This document shows positions 48,965 to 62,659 of a stretch of 64,000 nucleotides of DNA, in pieces. The stretch covers positions 43,958,001-44,022,000 of the forward strand of contig NC_042999.1 in assembly GCF_006345805.1 (NCBI RefSeq), written 5' to 3'. Positions within the stretch are counted from its first letter, which is position 1; every line of letters begins with the position of its first letter. The notes beneath the pieces are model-generated. The model was given only the letters and a program-made list of their open reading frames with translations. It was not told the origin of the DNA and did not search any database. Position numbers and translations under genes: made by a program. The DNA comes from Octopus sinensis. Taxonomy: Eukaryota.

Positions 48965-49876
48965 TTAATATTTTATGGAAGAGAGAAAAAAGAGATTAAT
49001 AAAGATACATGAGGAATTTTATGTAGGGATACCCTGGGATATGGAATGTATTGCCAGGTTTCTGCGAGAGTAAAATGGTTTGCAAAAGCTGCTGTAGAGT
49101 CTTTTGCCTTTTAACATTTAAACTGGCTGTATATTCAGTCTGTTTTATGATTAATCCACACCTACCAATAATGTCATTCTTAAAATAAACAATTACATTA
49201 TCAAAATCTTGAAGCCTCAAGATAATGCATGATTAATTTAAAACAGTGTAAATAAATAAGCATTACATTTGACCCAGTAACGGGTTGAAATAAAGACCCT
49301 TGGATAATATAGTCCTGGATATACAAGAAACTAAGGATAAACATCAACAATAACAACTTAAACGGCAGTTGGGAGGCCAAGTCAGCCATGAAATTGTTTC
49401 TGGCACTGCACTGTCTATATGACCGACATATTTTTCTCTCACAACCTTCTCTGCCCCAGTGTACCTAGCTGTAAATAAGTACCATAGGAGTGTACAGTTC
49501 TCTACAGAAAATATCTGGAGCACTGTACACAATGCTCCAACTGTCTTGTTTTGTTTGTTGTAATGAGTTCAAAGTGAAGTTAGTATAAATGAGCAATACA
49601 ATGACAAAACTTATGAATTTTGTATGAATGCAAGTGTTGTTCTTTTATAAATTGATTTATTAGCTAATTGGATAGTGTTGCCTAACAACGATGTCATAAT
49701 CAGTGCAGCAAAGTCATTCTTTGTGATGTATTCACTCATCTATGTTCATTTGGCAGTCATCAAAGACATATTTGATGTAGTCTGAAACAAACATTTTGTT
49801 ACTGTTGTTGCTGTGGTTATTGTTTTCATCATGCAACATTTTGGCAGTCATATCTTTGATGCACATAATGATTTAA

Positions 49877-50393
49877 CCCTCTCGTTACCAACCCAGCTGA
49901 AACCGGCTCTGGCTCTGAGTACAAATGTCTTGTTTCATAAGTTTTGAATTAAAATCTTCCACCAAACCTTAGTCACAATTTATGTTCCTAACACTAGCGG
50001 GGAGGCACATGGCCTAGTGGTTAGAGCAGCGACTCGTAGTCGAGGGATTGCAGGTTTAAATCTCAGACCAGACGATGTGTGTGTTTATGAGCGAAATACC
50101 TAAGCTCCACGTGGCTCCGGCGAAACTTCTGCTGACTCTTCCGCCACAACTTTCTCTCACTCTTTCCTCCTGCATCTTGCAGCTTACCTGCGACAGACCG
50201 GCGTCCTGTCCAGGTGGGGAACCTATATGCCAAGAAACCAGGAAACCGGCCCTTATGAGCCAGGCATGGCTCGAGAAGGAACAAACAAACACTAGCGGAA
50301 TGATAAATAAGTTATTTTACTAAACTCTTTGCTATATTTAAAGTAATTGTAAGAAACACAGAGTATCTCAAAATAAATACAGTAACGAAAGGG
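49877..50393. mobile_element. piggyBac-type MITE P1 with a nested SINE C
   Basis: TTAA|CCCTCTCGTTAC ... GTAACGAAAGGG|TTAA. SINE C at 50001-50287 inside is flanked by an 11-bp TSD. Confidence 0.88.
50001..50287 (+). mobile_element. SINE family C
   Basis: Highly similar to 23358-23655. 11-bp TSD AACACTAGCGG at 49990-50000 and 50288-50298. Confidence 0.92.
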
Positions 50394-51204
50394 TTAAAAT
50401 ATGAATCTTGATCATGATGCATTGATACAGAAGCATTTTTTAAAATAAAATTCAGATCATGGCCACAGCTCATGAGCTGAAACTAGAATCAATCAATCAA
50501 TCAATCAATCAATAATGCAAATTACCATAAAAAGTAAAAACCTAAAACACTTTTTTTTTATAATATGCAGATTCTTTTGCAGCAGGTGTCCATCGCAATC
50601 ATAAACTGCATATTACTGAACCATTATCTAACATGTTTAGCATAACTTTCAAAGAAGTAAAACATCTGGTGTGTATTCATTTACAAAAGTCACACTAATT
50701 CACAGAAACTAGTCAGATTCAGTTAAAAATTACCATTTGTTGTGTTCATGTTGTAAAAGTAATGGAATCTTTTACACAAAAGAAATTAGTGGAATATTTG
50801 CATCAGAATAAATTAGTTCCCAAATTTCAGCATGGTTTTATGAACAAAAGGTATATAGCATCACAACTTTTATTATGGGTCTACTGAATAGACTTTTGTT
50901 GATCAGAATTCCAGTTATGAGTTACTTATTTAGATATAAACAAAAAGCTTTCATGGCATATCTCATTCAAAATTACTAAAAAATAAAGAAGAAAAGTAGA
51001 AGAAATTTAAATTGTTTGGAATTAGAAACAAAATTTTATGACAGTTTAAAAACAATAGGAAAATAATAAACATTGTTTATATTACAAAATTAGTTTCTGT
51101 AATTGAGTTTGTCATTTTTAGAGTACCGCAGGATAGCCATCTTTGGCCAATAGCTTTTTCCAATTTATATAAATGAGTTGCACACGGTAATTTGGTTTTC
51201 TAGC

Positions 51205-51460
51205 ATTTTAAACCAGCCATATCCGACCCAAATAATCAACCTGTTTTATGATCAAACTGGCCATATCTGACTCAAATATTCTGTTTTATGTTCCTACTGG
51301 TCAGAGCCAGTTTCTCACCCCTGTCCTTCATTGTCATTCTGAAAATAAACAATTACACCATAAAAATCTCAAAGCTTCAAGATAATGTGTGATTGATTCA
51401 AAACAATGTAATTGAATAAGCATTACATTTGACAGAATAATCTGAATGGTGAAGGATTAA
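51205..51460. mobile_element. Degenerate piggyBac-type MITE P2
   Basis: GCATTTTAAACCAGCCATATCC ... CATTACATTTGACAGAATAATCTGAATGGTGAAGGATTAA, similar to 6213-6429. Confidence 0.6.
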
Positions 51461-52088
51461 AGTTGTATATGTAAATACACAGTTCTTATGGGTTTAAACA
51501 GTGCAGTTGTTTTGGTTATTCAAAAATGTTAGGTTTTTACACTTTGCTTTTAAAAATCTTGAATGTCAAATAGTTCTTTGTATATAGCTAAAATTCCCAA
51601 GGTTTTTAACATCTCTGATCTGGGAATTATTGTAAGTAATGATTTGAAATTTTCATGACATTGTTCTAAAGTCAACTCCAAATGTTACGTGTGATGTTTA
51701 AGATTTTTCAGTCACAAGAGAAATTGTATAAAATTTATGTCCATCCTCAATTTGAATATGCCACAAGGATCTGGAGTCCTTATTTGTTAAAAGATGTTGA
51801 CTGTGTTAAGCTAGTGTAATAAAAGCATCCAACCACAGAAACCAGACCAAAACAGCTGAGTGGAGCCTGGTATATCTCCAGTTTCCAGTCCCAGAGAAAA
51901 CATCTAACCCATGCCAGCATAGAAAAAGGTCATGACAGGATGATGATGATGATCAATTAAGTATGTTAAAACCTAAGTCTTCAAGAGAAACAAAAATAAG
52001 CAGCAGCCTAATTTTGGTTTTAAAAATGTCAATCTAGTGGAAGATTCTTGCAAGTTTTTCGAAACTATAAATGCTAAGAATCAAGATG

Positions 52089-52295
52089 TCATCATCATCG
52101 TTTAACATCCGTTTTCCATGCTAGCATGTGTTGCACGGTTCGACCGGGGTCTGGGTAGCCAGGAGGCTACGCCAGGCTCCAGTCTGATCTGGCAGTGTTT
52201 ATACAGCTGGATGCCCTTCCTAATGCCAACCACTCCATGAGTGTAGTGGGTGCTTTTTATGTGCCACCATCACAGGGGCCAGAGGAGGCTGGCAA
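52089..52295 (-). mobile_element. Retroposon family D, 5' truncated
   Basis: (CAT)n tail, core and one unit. Confidence 0.85.
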
Positions 52296-52589
52296 AAAAC
52301 AAAAATAGATTTTTATTCAATGTCCCTAATTAGATTCACACTAATGAAAAATACTCTCCATAGTCTATTATATTTCATTAGATCAAGAGAGCCAATGAAA
52401 AAAAAATTTATATGTGTGAGAATAACATATAAGCATCAATGATCTTGTAGTTGTTTGTTGAAATACTTCATGTTTGTTGATGTTGCTGTGGATGTTTATT
52501 ATTAGATACCAATGAGTTGGTCAGTTTATTTGATTTAGGCCTACAAGCCTAAACCCTATGGTTAGTTAGATAGCAATACAACTTCTTGG

Positions 52590-52930
52590 TTGTGTATTAT
52601 GGATGTAGGTGTGGCAAAGTTTGCTTCCCAAAGACATGGTTCTGAATTTAGTTCCACTGCATAGTACCTTGGGCAAGTATCTTCTATAGCTTTGGTTCAA
52701 TCAAAGCCTTGTAGGTAGATTCGGTAGACGGAAACTGAAAGAAGCCTGTTGTGTGTGTGTGACCCCCATTCCTTGACAACCAGTGTTGGTTTGTTTAAAT
52801 CCCCATAACTTAGTTATTCAGCAAAAGAGATTGATAGAATAAGTACCAGATTTAAGAAAATCAGTACTGGTTCAATTTATTTGACTAAAACCCTTCAAGG
52901 AAGTGCCCCAGCATGGTCACAGTCCAAAAT
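52590..52930 (+). mobile_element. SINE family B, degenerate
   Basis: Head, core (GGAAACTGAAAGAAGCC) and tail are recognisable. Confidence 0.75.
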
Positions 52931-53894
52931 GAGAGGATGGTCAAAGCTGGAATGTCTTTGATCAGATCTGCTCTCTCACTAAACAACAGCACTAATTGGA
53001 TAAAAGTCAGTTAAAGAACCACTCTGAGAAACCTATGAGAAAAAACAGCCAGATCAATACTTCTTTCTCATACGGTGGTTATAAATACACCTAAAAAGAT
53101 GGGATAGTAACATCTGGAATAATTGCTAAATTCTGAACTGACCTGAGGTCAAACAAGAATAACAATTGTTGGCATATGTTTAGATGTTAACATATAACCC
53201 CTTAATCCCTAGAGTGCTTTAAAGAATAATGTATTACTTACACCTTTTACTAAACAACAACAAAAAATTTGGTTGCATTATAAGTAGATACCTTCATAAA
53301 TAATTAGTGACTAGTGTAAACTAAAGATTGTAAAGTTGTTTTTGGAATTACAAAAAACTCATCCACGTTGTTATGTTTAATGTCCCATTTGGTTAAATTC
53401 CACCTTAAGTATGCTTACTCACTTGTACTGATATAAATTTATTTTCCATCCAACTAGAAAGATATCATTTGTTTTGTTTCATTCCTATTTTTCCACATTA
53501 ACATGGGTTGGATAAGTACTTATATTGGATATTATTTTACACTTGCAAACCCTTCTTGTCGTTAACCCATGCCTGTGCTTCAAGCTAGGGAATTTTTTTT
53601 TTTATTCCATATGTTTCAAAAGTATAGACCTATTAGAGAATTTAAATAGAATTGTCAACATAAAGTCAGCATTTTTGCTTAAATGGTTTCATGCAAAGAA
53701 GCAGAATATAAACATCCCTGCCTCACACCACACACATTACAGTTTCGATTTGCCATTTCCACTCAGAGGGCATTGGTCAACCTGAGGACATGCAGTAGAA
53801 CTGAACTGGAAACCACAAAGAAGAAAAGAGAACTCCAAATCCACACATCCATGTATCTATCTATCTATCTGTATGTATGTGTATATGCATACAT

Positions 53895-54038
53895 ATCATC
53901 ATCATCATCATTTAGCGTCCGCTTTCCATGCTAGCATGGGTTGGACGGTTCAACTGGGGTCTGTGAAGCCGGAAGGCCGCATCAGGCCCAGTCTGATCTG
54001 GCAGTGTTTCTACGGCTGGATGCCCTTCCTAACGCCAA
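53895..54038 (-). mobile_element. Retroposon family D, 5' truncated
   Basis: (CAT)n tail, truncated at CCTAACGCCAA, the same point as the 48781 copy. Confidence 0.85.
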
Positions 54039-54049
54039 TATATATATTC

Positions 54050-54243
54050 TTGGCTTTAAGGTTTTTGTGAACGACCTGGTTGATAGCTCAACCTTCCAAG
54101 TTCTTTTACAAGGATTAGAAAAACTGAAGGAGTGCTGCAATAAGTGTTAACCTGAGAGGAGAATATGTTGAATAAAATCATAATTACCTGATCTTCTTTG
54201 TATTTTTTTAATATATTTTAAGTCAGGAACTTCAGCACCCCAT
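54050..54243 (+). mobile_element. Mariner 3' fragment (transposase C-terminus plus 3' end)
   Basis: NDLVDS...QGLEKLKECCNKC*..RGEYVE* resembles the mariner C-terminal GIxKLxxRWxKCxxxxGxYVE motif. It is followed by a TIR-like AAGTCAGGAACTTCAGCACCCC. Confidence 0.6.
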
Positions 54244-54989
54244 CATGTATGTGTGTATATATATATATTTATATTTACATATATTTACACACATGCACAC
54301 ACACACACATACAAGTGCCATATTTTTCTGTTTAGTCTGATGTTAAAATTTGTTTTAATATTTGTTTGTGTGTCATGGGGGCCCTCATTTTGTTTACCTC
54401 TTCATTTACAAAAATCTCTAATCTAGACTCTCTCACTATGTAGGTGTCTGTCTGCATTTTGCTATCTTTAGTAGATAACATTCTCATACACATTCATGTC
54501 TTATCTTGCTTGGTTGTATCAATAAGACATTTTATTCCCAAAGTAAAAGAAACAAGGTTAATCTCAGCTTATTATAATAGATGTGTTTTGGATAGATATA
54601 GTTTAGATACAGTAGAAATATTTTATTACTTTCATTGGTTTATTTTTAACATTTTTGGCGGAGACTTCATCTCTTATGCCTACAGTTCTTATAAAACATA
54701 TACACAAATTAATCTTCTTTTGTTTAAGATAAAACTTTCAGATTTGAATTCAAATAGATTGTTTGCAATAAAATGAATGTGTATTATATATATTTGTGTG
54801 TGTGTGTGTGTATCATTGTTCATTTATTTAATATCAGTTTTATGATTCTAGCATGACTTGGTTGGGTAATTGATTTTGAGGTAGATTTTATGGCTGAATG
54901 TTCTTCTTGTTACCAACCCTCACCTGATTTTTCAGGTAAAGGACATCCGTTATTTCACAAGTCTTTGAAAGTGCACAGTCATTATTGAA

Positions 54990-55210
54990 GGTAGCCAGCT
55001 GGCAGAATTGTTAACATGTTGGGTAAAGTGTTTAGCGGTACTTCTTGTACTTTACATTCTGAGTTTAAATTCCATCCAGATCAGCCTTGCTTTTTATCCT
55101 TTGGAGTCAATAAAATAAGTACCAGTTGACCAATATGGTTGATGTAATTGACTAGCCCTGCTCTCAAAATTTCAGGCCTTTTGCCTATAGTAGAAAGGAT
55201 TATTATTAAC
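54990..55210 (+). mobile_element. SINE family A, alternative-tail variant
   Basis: AGCTGGCAGAATTGTTAAC ... AAATTTCAGGCCTTTTGCCTATAGTAGAAAGGATTATTATTA. Confidence 0.8.
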
Positions 55211-55725
55211 ATAATAAAACTACTTCCTGCTAATTTAATTAGCAAGGATGTAATGCTGCGGTTTAGTGACAAGGGTCCTCAAATCTCAAGAATCTTTCTT
55301 TGGATTCTTAGAGATTATCTAGAATTAACTATTTTTTTTTATTGCTAGTTCTTTGATGAATAGCAATTGTCAGGTTGTTCTTCAACTGAGAGATATTTTC
55401 AATACTTGGAAATATCTTTCAGTTGATACATCTGATGAGACTATCCAGCAAAAAAACTTGAAGTACTAGAAAAGAAATGGGCTTTAACTGTAGTAATATT
55501 TACTTCAGGCATTGAGCATGTATTTTTCTAACTACTGTTGTGATGCTACACAGACAGACAGACAGACAGACAATGAATGGTTAAACTCTTTTATATAAAT
55601 ATATGTTCAAAAAAGGCCTAAGACAGAAAAAGAACATGAAGTTATTTGTTCCTTTTTGTTTTGTTTTAGGCCAAACCTGTGAATATCCTTTTTTATACAC
55701 ATAGATATAGCTGTGTGGTTTAGAG

Positions 55726-55970
55726 CAGTAACCCCCAACCTTTTTTGCACCATAGACCAAAGTATCATGCACGTTAACAAAACACACAGTGTGTAGTATG
55801 TGATTCAATTACTACAGATAAATTACATATATAATGCAAAAACACTCTGCAGACTGGGATTGTCAATAAAATAGAAATAAAAATTTAAAACTTTTTTTTC
55901 TGTAAGGGCTCTGTACCAAATGGTCCATGACCCAGTACCAAATGATCTATGGCCTGGTAGTTAGGGTCGC
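55726..55970. mobile_element. hAT-type MITE, same family as 39113-39332
   Basis: CAGTAACCCCCAACCTTTTTTGCACCATAGACC ... GTACCAAATGATCTATGGCCTGGTAGTTAGGGTCGC. Confidence 0.55.
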
Positions 55971-56937
55971 TTGGTTTAGAGGTTTAATTTGCAACCACAT
56001 TGATTTGAGCTTAACCCCACTGAATAACACTTTGCCCAAGTGCCTTCTATCTTTGCTTGGTGTCGGCCAATACCTTATGAGTGGAATATGGAAGCCGGTC
56101 ATATGTATTTGCTGATATCTTTAGAAAAGGATATAAATACCAGCAAGAAGCATAAAAAGGTGATGCCTGTTACTCTAGCCATTGGTGCATTGGAATCCTG
56201 TAACCAATGCCACTAACATTCACAAATTATGGTAAATGAATAAATAAAATGCTTATATAAATTTTGGTAACTCGATGAGCTCTCTTACACCCACTACTCA
56301 TCTAAAATGTGAGAATATTAAATAATTGTATGAAATGCCACACAGCATGGTTACTCGACTGTTAGTTCAGTATGTACTTACGGGTTTAGTATATTTAGTG
56401 TTTATAACTATTAATATCTTAAAAACATTTTTTTAGTGTTGGTGCAAAGTATTACATTGCAGCAATGTTATAGACAATAGCCTGTTCACATACTCAGCTA
56501 CAAAGTCGAAAATAGAGAAAACTTCTGGTTAGGTTCATAGCAGGAAGTATTTTGTAAGATGTTTCAACTGAAGAAATGGACATATACATGAATGTACACA
56601 AGCACATTATATATTTATAATAGGTGTGGTTGAGTAGTTTTCCTTGCAATTTGCAAGCACCTGGTTTTGCATTCAGTTCTCCTCTGCATTACATTGGGCA
56701 AGTATTTTCTGCCAGAAGCCCAGGGCAACCAATGCCTTGTAAGTGAATTTGGTAGATGTAAACTGTACAATGCCTGGTATGTGTGGGCATGTGTCTGGGT
56801 AGATGCATATGTGTGTGTACATGGTCACATGTGCTGACACATGTACATGTGTGTTTGTGTGAATGTTTACATTCTGTGTTTCTTCAAAAAAATCTCTGAG
56901 CTGTGGGCAATCATGATGCTGGTATTTTGTTGCCAAA

Positions 56938-57104
56938 GACGAGCTGGCAGAAACGTTAGTGCGCCGGGCAAAATGCTTAGTGGTATTTTGTCTGTCGTTA
57001 CGTTCTGAGTTCAAATTCTGCCGAGGTCGACTTTGCCTTTCATCCTTTTGACTGTCCTTGTTTGTCCCCTCTGTGTTTATCCCCTTGTGGATAGTAAAGA
57101 AATA
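56938..57104 (+). mobile_element. SINE family A with an internal deletion
   Basis: 17-bp TSD GGTATTTTGTTGCCAAA at 56921-56937 and 57105-57121. The segment between CATCCTTTT and CTGTCCTTG seen in other copies is missing. Confidence 0.92.
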
Positions 57105-59477
57105 GGTATTTTGTTGCCAAAAATTATCTGGAGGCTGTACATTTTTGAAGATGAATGGAATCAAAAATCCCTTATTTAAAAGACAAGTAGAGGTTTACAA
57201 CAGAAAGTGTCTCCAGCTGTAAAAGTCAATGCCTTAATTATGTCTTCGTCTAATTCATACTAAGCATGAAAAAACAGACTTAAAAGAAATACATACCCCC
57301 CCCCCCCCCACTCTGTTAGGAAGCACAAGCCACGTTACATACATGACAGGAACTTCTGCCTACCAAATCTACTCACAGGGCTTTGGTCAGCCCAAAGCTA
57401 TAGCAAAAGATACTTGCCTGAAGTGCCACACAGTGAGACTGAACCCGAGACCATTTTGGTTGAGAAGCAAGTTTCCTAAACACACAGCCATGCCTGGCAC
57501 TTAGATTTATATCAGCTTCATGCATGAAGCGAAGCATGAGGAGTAAAGCTATCCTTTCAGAAAAGAGAAATAAAGCAACACTTACAGTGGATTTGAACTC
57601 TCAAACCACCACCTAACAGTCCAATATCAAACGTGCTTTTTATACCACTATCTAACAGCATCTCTGTCTGTCTGTCTGTCTACACATACACACACACTTG
57701 GTCAGTGTAATCTAGAAACAGGTTGGATAATTTTGTTGTATATTGATTTTATGAACTGAAACCTGTATTTTGTCCAAATTTAAATTACTATCTTAACATT
57801 TCCTTTTCTCTTCATCAAATCTCCCATTTCTCTCTGTCAATATTTTTTCTACCATTTTATCAATTTATGAGCTTCACTTTGATGTGAACTAATGTAATTA
57901 ATTTATTCCAAGTGTTCTTTCACCTTTATTTCTTGACTTCTATTTCTAATTTCTGGTATCCAAATACATTGCATTTCCATGCAAAAAAACAAAGTGGTAT
58001 TTCCTTTTCACTCTATTTGTTTCCATCTGACCTGGAGTTGACCTATTTTCAGTTCACCAAAGCAGGTCTTCCATGCTCCTCTAGCCACCAAGATTCCATA
58101 AGGGATAAAGTTTTAGAGGAAATGTTTTAAGTGGTTTGGTAAGGAAATTACTATAGGGTTAACAAAAGGGGAGAGTTGTGAACCAGGTTTATTTGAAAGT
58201 GAGGTAGGGGTAATACATGGTTTTGCTGGTTCAGAGAAACTAAGGTCTGTTACAGTCAACAATCATGATACAAGACAAGGAAGAAACAATATTTTGTGGA
58301 TGCTTGTTTGTGATTGCAATTTTGGCAGTGAATGAAAGCTTACCAATCACCTAGCTTTTTTTCTTTTTGTAGAATCTATAATATTTTGGCACAAATGGGT
58401 TTTATAGAGAGTCAGTGTCTATTCAAAACTAAAGCAGATTTTGGCCCTTGTCCATTTATTATTACTGAATATAAAATGTAGTATGCTATTTCAATAGTTT
58501 TCTTTGTTTTAAATTTGATAAATGGGTAAATTACTTTTCTTGGGTCCATAAAAAAACGGAACTGACTTACACGGTGTTTGTAGTTTCACTGTTACATAGC
58601 AACTGTCTTAATCATTATGGATTTAGGATTTAGTTCACTTGCCTAAGAGATATCAACAGTTGCTATAAATGTAACCTGAAAGATTGGGGAAACATAACCT
58701 TTAACCTTTGTTTCAATATGCAATGTTTTTAGTATATCAACATTATCTACACGAGCAAAAATGTTTGCTTGATTTAAAGCCAAATCATTTCAAAATGTTT
58801 TTGTTACCCGTGTATTCCCATCTGTTGCTCATTTCCCAGCCTGTAAATGCATGGCCATATCCATGTTTTAGGGTTTGGTCATTTCCATGTGGTTCCTTTA
58901 AAATAATTATTCACATCTATAATTAATTAATTAATTGACAACAAAACATGACAATCCTACCATGATTTATCTACCTGCTGGCCTAATTAACCACTTATTC
59001 TATATAATTTTCACTTGAACTTCTATCAATTGTTTTTATAGTTGGAGACATTATTTTTGCTATCATTACCTTTGTCATCATCATCATCATCATCTTGTTT
59101 TTCCATGCTGGCATAGCTTGGACAAGTCTCTTCTGATACAGCAGCATCTTGCCACTTGTCACAGCCCATTGTTATTTCTTATGTAAGGTCCAGTATCCTG
59201 AGATCATCCCTCACTACTTCTCACATATACCTTGGTCTACCTTTTCTGCAGATCATTTGTCACTCTTTTTATATATTTCACCTCAATATTTTCACATTCC
59301 TTCTTTTCTATGCTGTTATTGATTGGATTGGCTGGCTCTAAAGTAGAGTACTTTTATCCTTCTTTCCACTAAACTTCTGTGACATTATTTTTCTCCATGA
59401 AGAAATAAATTATCTTTTTGGATAAACTTTATGAAGGACAAAATTATTTCTAAAATCATATCAACAAGTTGTTTAGG

Positions 59478-59780
59478 CACAGGTATGGCTATGTGGTTAA
59501 GAAGCTTGCTGTGTAACCACATTGTTTCAGGTTCAATCTCACTACATGGCACCTTGGACAAGTGTCTTCTACTATAGCTTTGGGCCAACCTGTTCCTTGT
59601 GAATGAATTTGGTGGAATGGAACTGTATGGAAGCCCATTCTGTATATATGAATTTGTGTGTATCTTTGATGCCACAATAGCTTGCCAGCCACTGTTGGTT
59701 TATTTATGTTCCTGTAATTTAGCAGTTAGTCAAAACGACAAAGATTGATGAAATAAGCTCCAGACTTAAAAATAAAAGTC
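59478..59780 (+). mobile_element. SINE family B, degenerate, 3' truncated
   Basis: GGCACAGGTATGGCTATGTGGTTAAGAAGCTTGC head plus core. Confidence 0.7.
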
Positions 59781-60994
59781 TATGGAAATTTTTAAAATTT
59801 GGTATGTTAGCGTAGTTTCCCAAACTGAATTGCTGGAGTTATTTCACTTTTTCCAGAAGATTTTTTAAAAAAGTTATAGAGGTTTAAAATTTGATCATTT
59901 TCACCCAGCCAGGAAACAGGATTTGGAAGCTGTCATTTTGTGTATGACTGCACATTTTGTCAACATCATGAAAATAGCATGTGTTGTTAATGTTTGTATT
60001 CTACACATGGAAAATGAATAAACATGTCTTTTGTAGTTTTAAGCATTCAATATGCATTTAATTTGACAAACAGCACATTACAAATGAAATATTTCTCAAA
60101 ATAAGAGGTTTATAGCATTAACTTTAAAGATTTATCCAAAAAAAAAAATCAAACAGATTGGTGAAATTTCCAGGTGGGTAAAACCAAAGAACACTGCATC
60201 AACAAGTGGTTTCAATATATTTGTAACATATGCTTTCTCACAGACAAAAGAGTTCTCTTGTTCAGCTTGTTACTATGGAAACCGGCATGAATGTGTCTAT
60301 GGCTTATGATTGGCTAAAATTACCCAAAATTTTCAAACTTTAATAGCTAATACCTCTTTATTTATTGATTTATGGCAAAAATGATTTTCATAGCATTGGT
60401 TAGCCTATGAAAGTGTATCAATAAACTGAATATGAAATCAATTGGAACAGAAATTGACCTTGGCAACCAAACAGAAAAGATCCAAATTTTCTCTTAAATC
60501 TCGAATGATTTTAACCTTCAGACTTGGGCTCCTGAGCAAAATCCTAACTAGTTGCACACACAGCTTAAGAGTTTGCAGGCAAACTAATAGACAGAACTGA
60601 CTGCATCTCCTTTTTCTATGTGTGTTAACCTATTCCTGCTATAGCAAGAACAGAACATGGTGTGATAGGGTTAAGGGCCACTGCTTATCTGGCTTCACAA
60701 TGAGAATCTAATAATAAGATAAATTTCCCCTTGGGTCAATTACTATCTAGTAATACTCTCCAATGTGCTAAGGTGAATATAGATTATTAACATGCTCTTC
60801 CTCATGTCTTTTGATACTAGCTCATGATATCAGAGTATGTTGTTCAATAGCCCTTTTATTGTCATTAAGCTTCTACTACAGACACCTTATATGTTAATGT
60901 TGTCCCTTTCATCATCCACTTTGAATGAATATGCCTTTGTTGTTATTTGAGCCCCAAGTTAACTCATTGAACAAGCCCATGATCAAAAGCAGTC

Positions 60995-61190
60995 CAGCTT
61001 CACAGTTCGTACACCCTCTCTCTTTCTCCTTCTCTTCCTCTTTGAGACTCCCACCTTTCACTCCCCTACTCCCCCCACTTATTCTTCCATCCTCTTCTCA
61101 CTGTTCCACTCCTCTCTTTCTCCTCTACCCTTTGTTTCTCTTTCCTGTCTTCACTCCCTCACTCTCTTTTTATTTTTCTGTACTTCCTCT
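60995..61190. repeat. Polypyrimidine low-complexity tract
   Basis: Nearly pure C/T on the + strand. Confidence 0.8.
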
Positions 61191-62413
61191 GTTAATTGTT
61201 TTAGACTATATACAACATAAGTAATCTATTCATTCCAATTGCTGATCACCCACTCTCGTTTAAGAATACTCAAAATGATGAACAAGAATATTATAAATGA
61301 CTACATCTATAAAACTTTATTTGGAAATATAGGTACCATATCATTTGCAATGCTGGTAATGTTACCTGCTTCCAATCAATGAGCAAATTTATTTCCCATA
61401 CACAAAACACCATACAACCAGCACACAACCCTTAGCCCTTAAAAGTAACTAGTTGCTGGTTAATAGACATTTATTTACATTACATTTTATTATATGGTCA
61501 TATTTATTTATCTTTTTTAATTTGTATCACAGTTTGCAAGCAATGACATCCTTGGTTACATATTTCCAGTGGACGTAATTATTGGTTCATTGCATTTCTG
61601 ATAGACAAGGGAGTGCTTGTAACCCAGTGTAGAACAAAAGTCTCGAGACTTTGTGCATAAACCACCAATTTTTTTCTTGCCTTTATATATGTGTGTGTGT
61701 GTGTGTGGTGTGTGTGTGTATACTTCAGCAATGTCACTACACACATGCTGTTAGTGATTTCTTTTCCTTCTTTGGCCTTTTCCCTTTCTCCTTTCCAATG
61801 AAGAGCTATGCTTGAAACATCAAACTCTCTTTTCACCAAGCATCAAACTAATACATTCCTTGTGCACATCCTCTTGTTCCTGTTATTTTCATTCATTTTT
61901 TTGAATTGACTATATATATATATATATATATTAGCAGAAGATTGCTTGCAGGACACATATATCTAGGCATGCACATGTGTACACACACAATCATCATGAC
62001 ATTTTTTACATCCTATGACCAATGCAGACATAAAATAATGATGGTATGTATACATATATATGCACACAAATACTCACTCACACATACAAGCTTATAACAC
62101 ACACACACACACAGATCAGGCTTCTGCACAGTTTTCACTTAGCAACTTTGATCCACAGGGCATTGGTTAACCCATGACACTTGTTGAAAAAGCTACACAT
62201 TAATATTAAAACCAGGAACTATAATGGTTGCAATGGGAATACTTTAGCCATACAACCATGCTTATTTGAGTCCATGCTAGCTGCAAAAAAAAAAAAAAAA
62301 AAGCAGTTTTAATGAATTAAAATAAATGTAACTTATCTGATCTTGAAAATTCACCTGACCCATTCTCTGGATATTTTATTTAAATATTTCTTTTTCTTTT
62401 TTTTATCTTGTAG

Positions 62414-62581
62414 TCAACTGAAAGTGACTTGTCTCTTGATGATGAAGATACTGCGATAAATCCCAATGTATCATTCCAAGAATTCATGCAGCAATACCAA
62501 GAACTGACTGAGTGGCTGAACCAGATTCAGGCATTCACTCAGCGGAAGGTGATGAGTCGATCAGAGAAATATCTAAACCAG
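62414..62581 (+). CDS. Second coding exon (56 codons) of the same gene, spectrin-repeat-like helix
   Basis: Acceptor TTTTATCTTGTAG ending at 62413 and donor CAG|GTAAGA at 62582, phase 0 at both ends. Translates STESDLSLDDEDTAINPNVSFQEFMQQYQELTEWLNQIQAFTQRKVMSRSEKYLNQ and joins the previous exon in frame (ETCR|STES). F-x-x-x-Y-x-EL-x-x-WL matches the spectrin helix A pattern. Confidence 0.85.
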
Positions 62582-62659
62582 GTAAGATGCCAATGTGCCT
62601 GGGTTATTTTTTTCTTTTTTTTTTTCTTTCAGAAATTGAAGTATATCCCCTTCTGTTAA

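Noticed and set aside
56155-56205. KKVMPVTLAIGALES, a faint resemblance to an R4/Dong LINE C-terminus
   Set aside because: It is too short, and no flanking motifs support it.
59790-60520. Possible old non-autonomous DNA transposon interior
   Set aside because: I could not identify TIRs, a TSD or a second copy.
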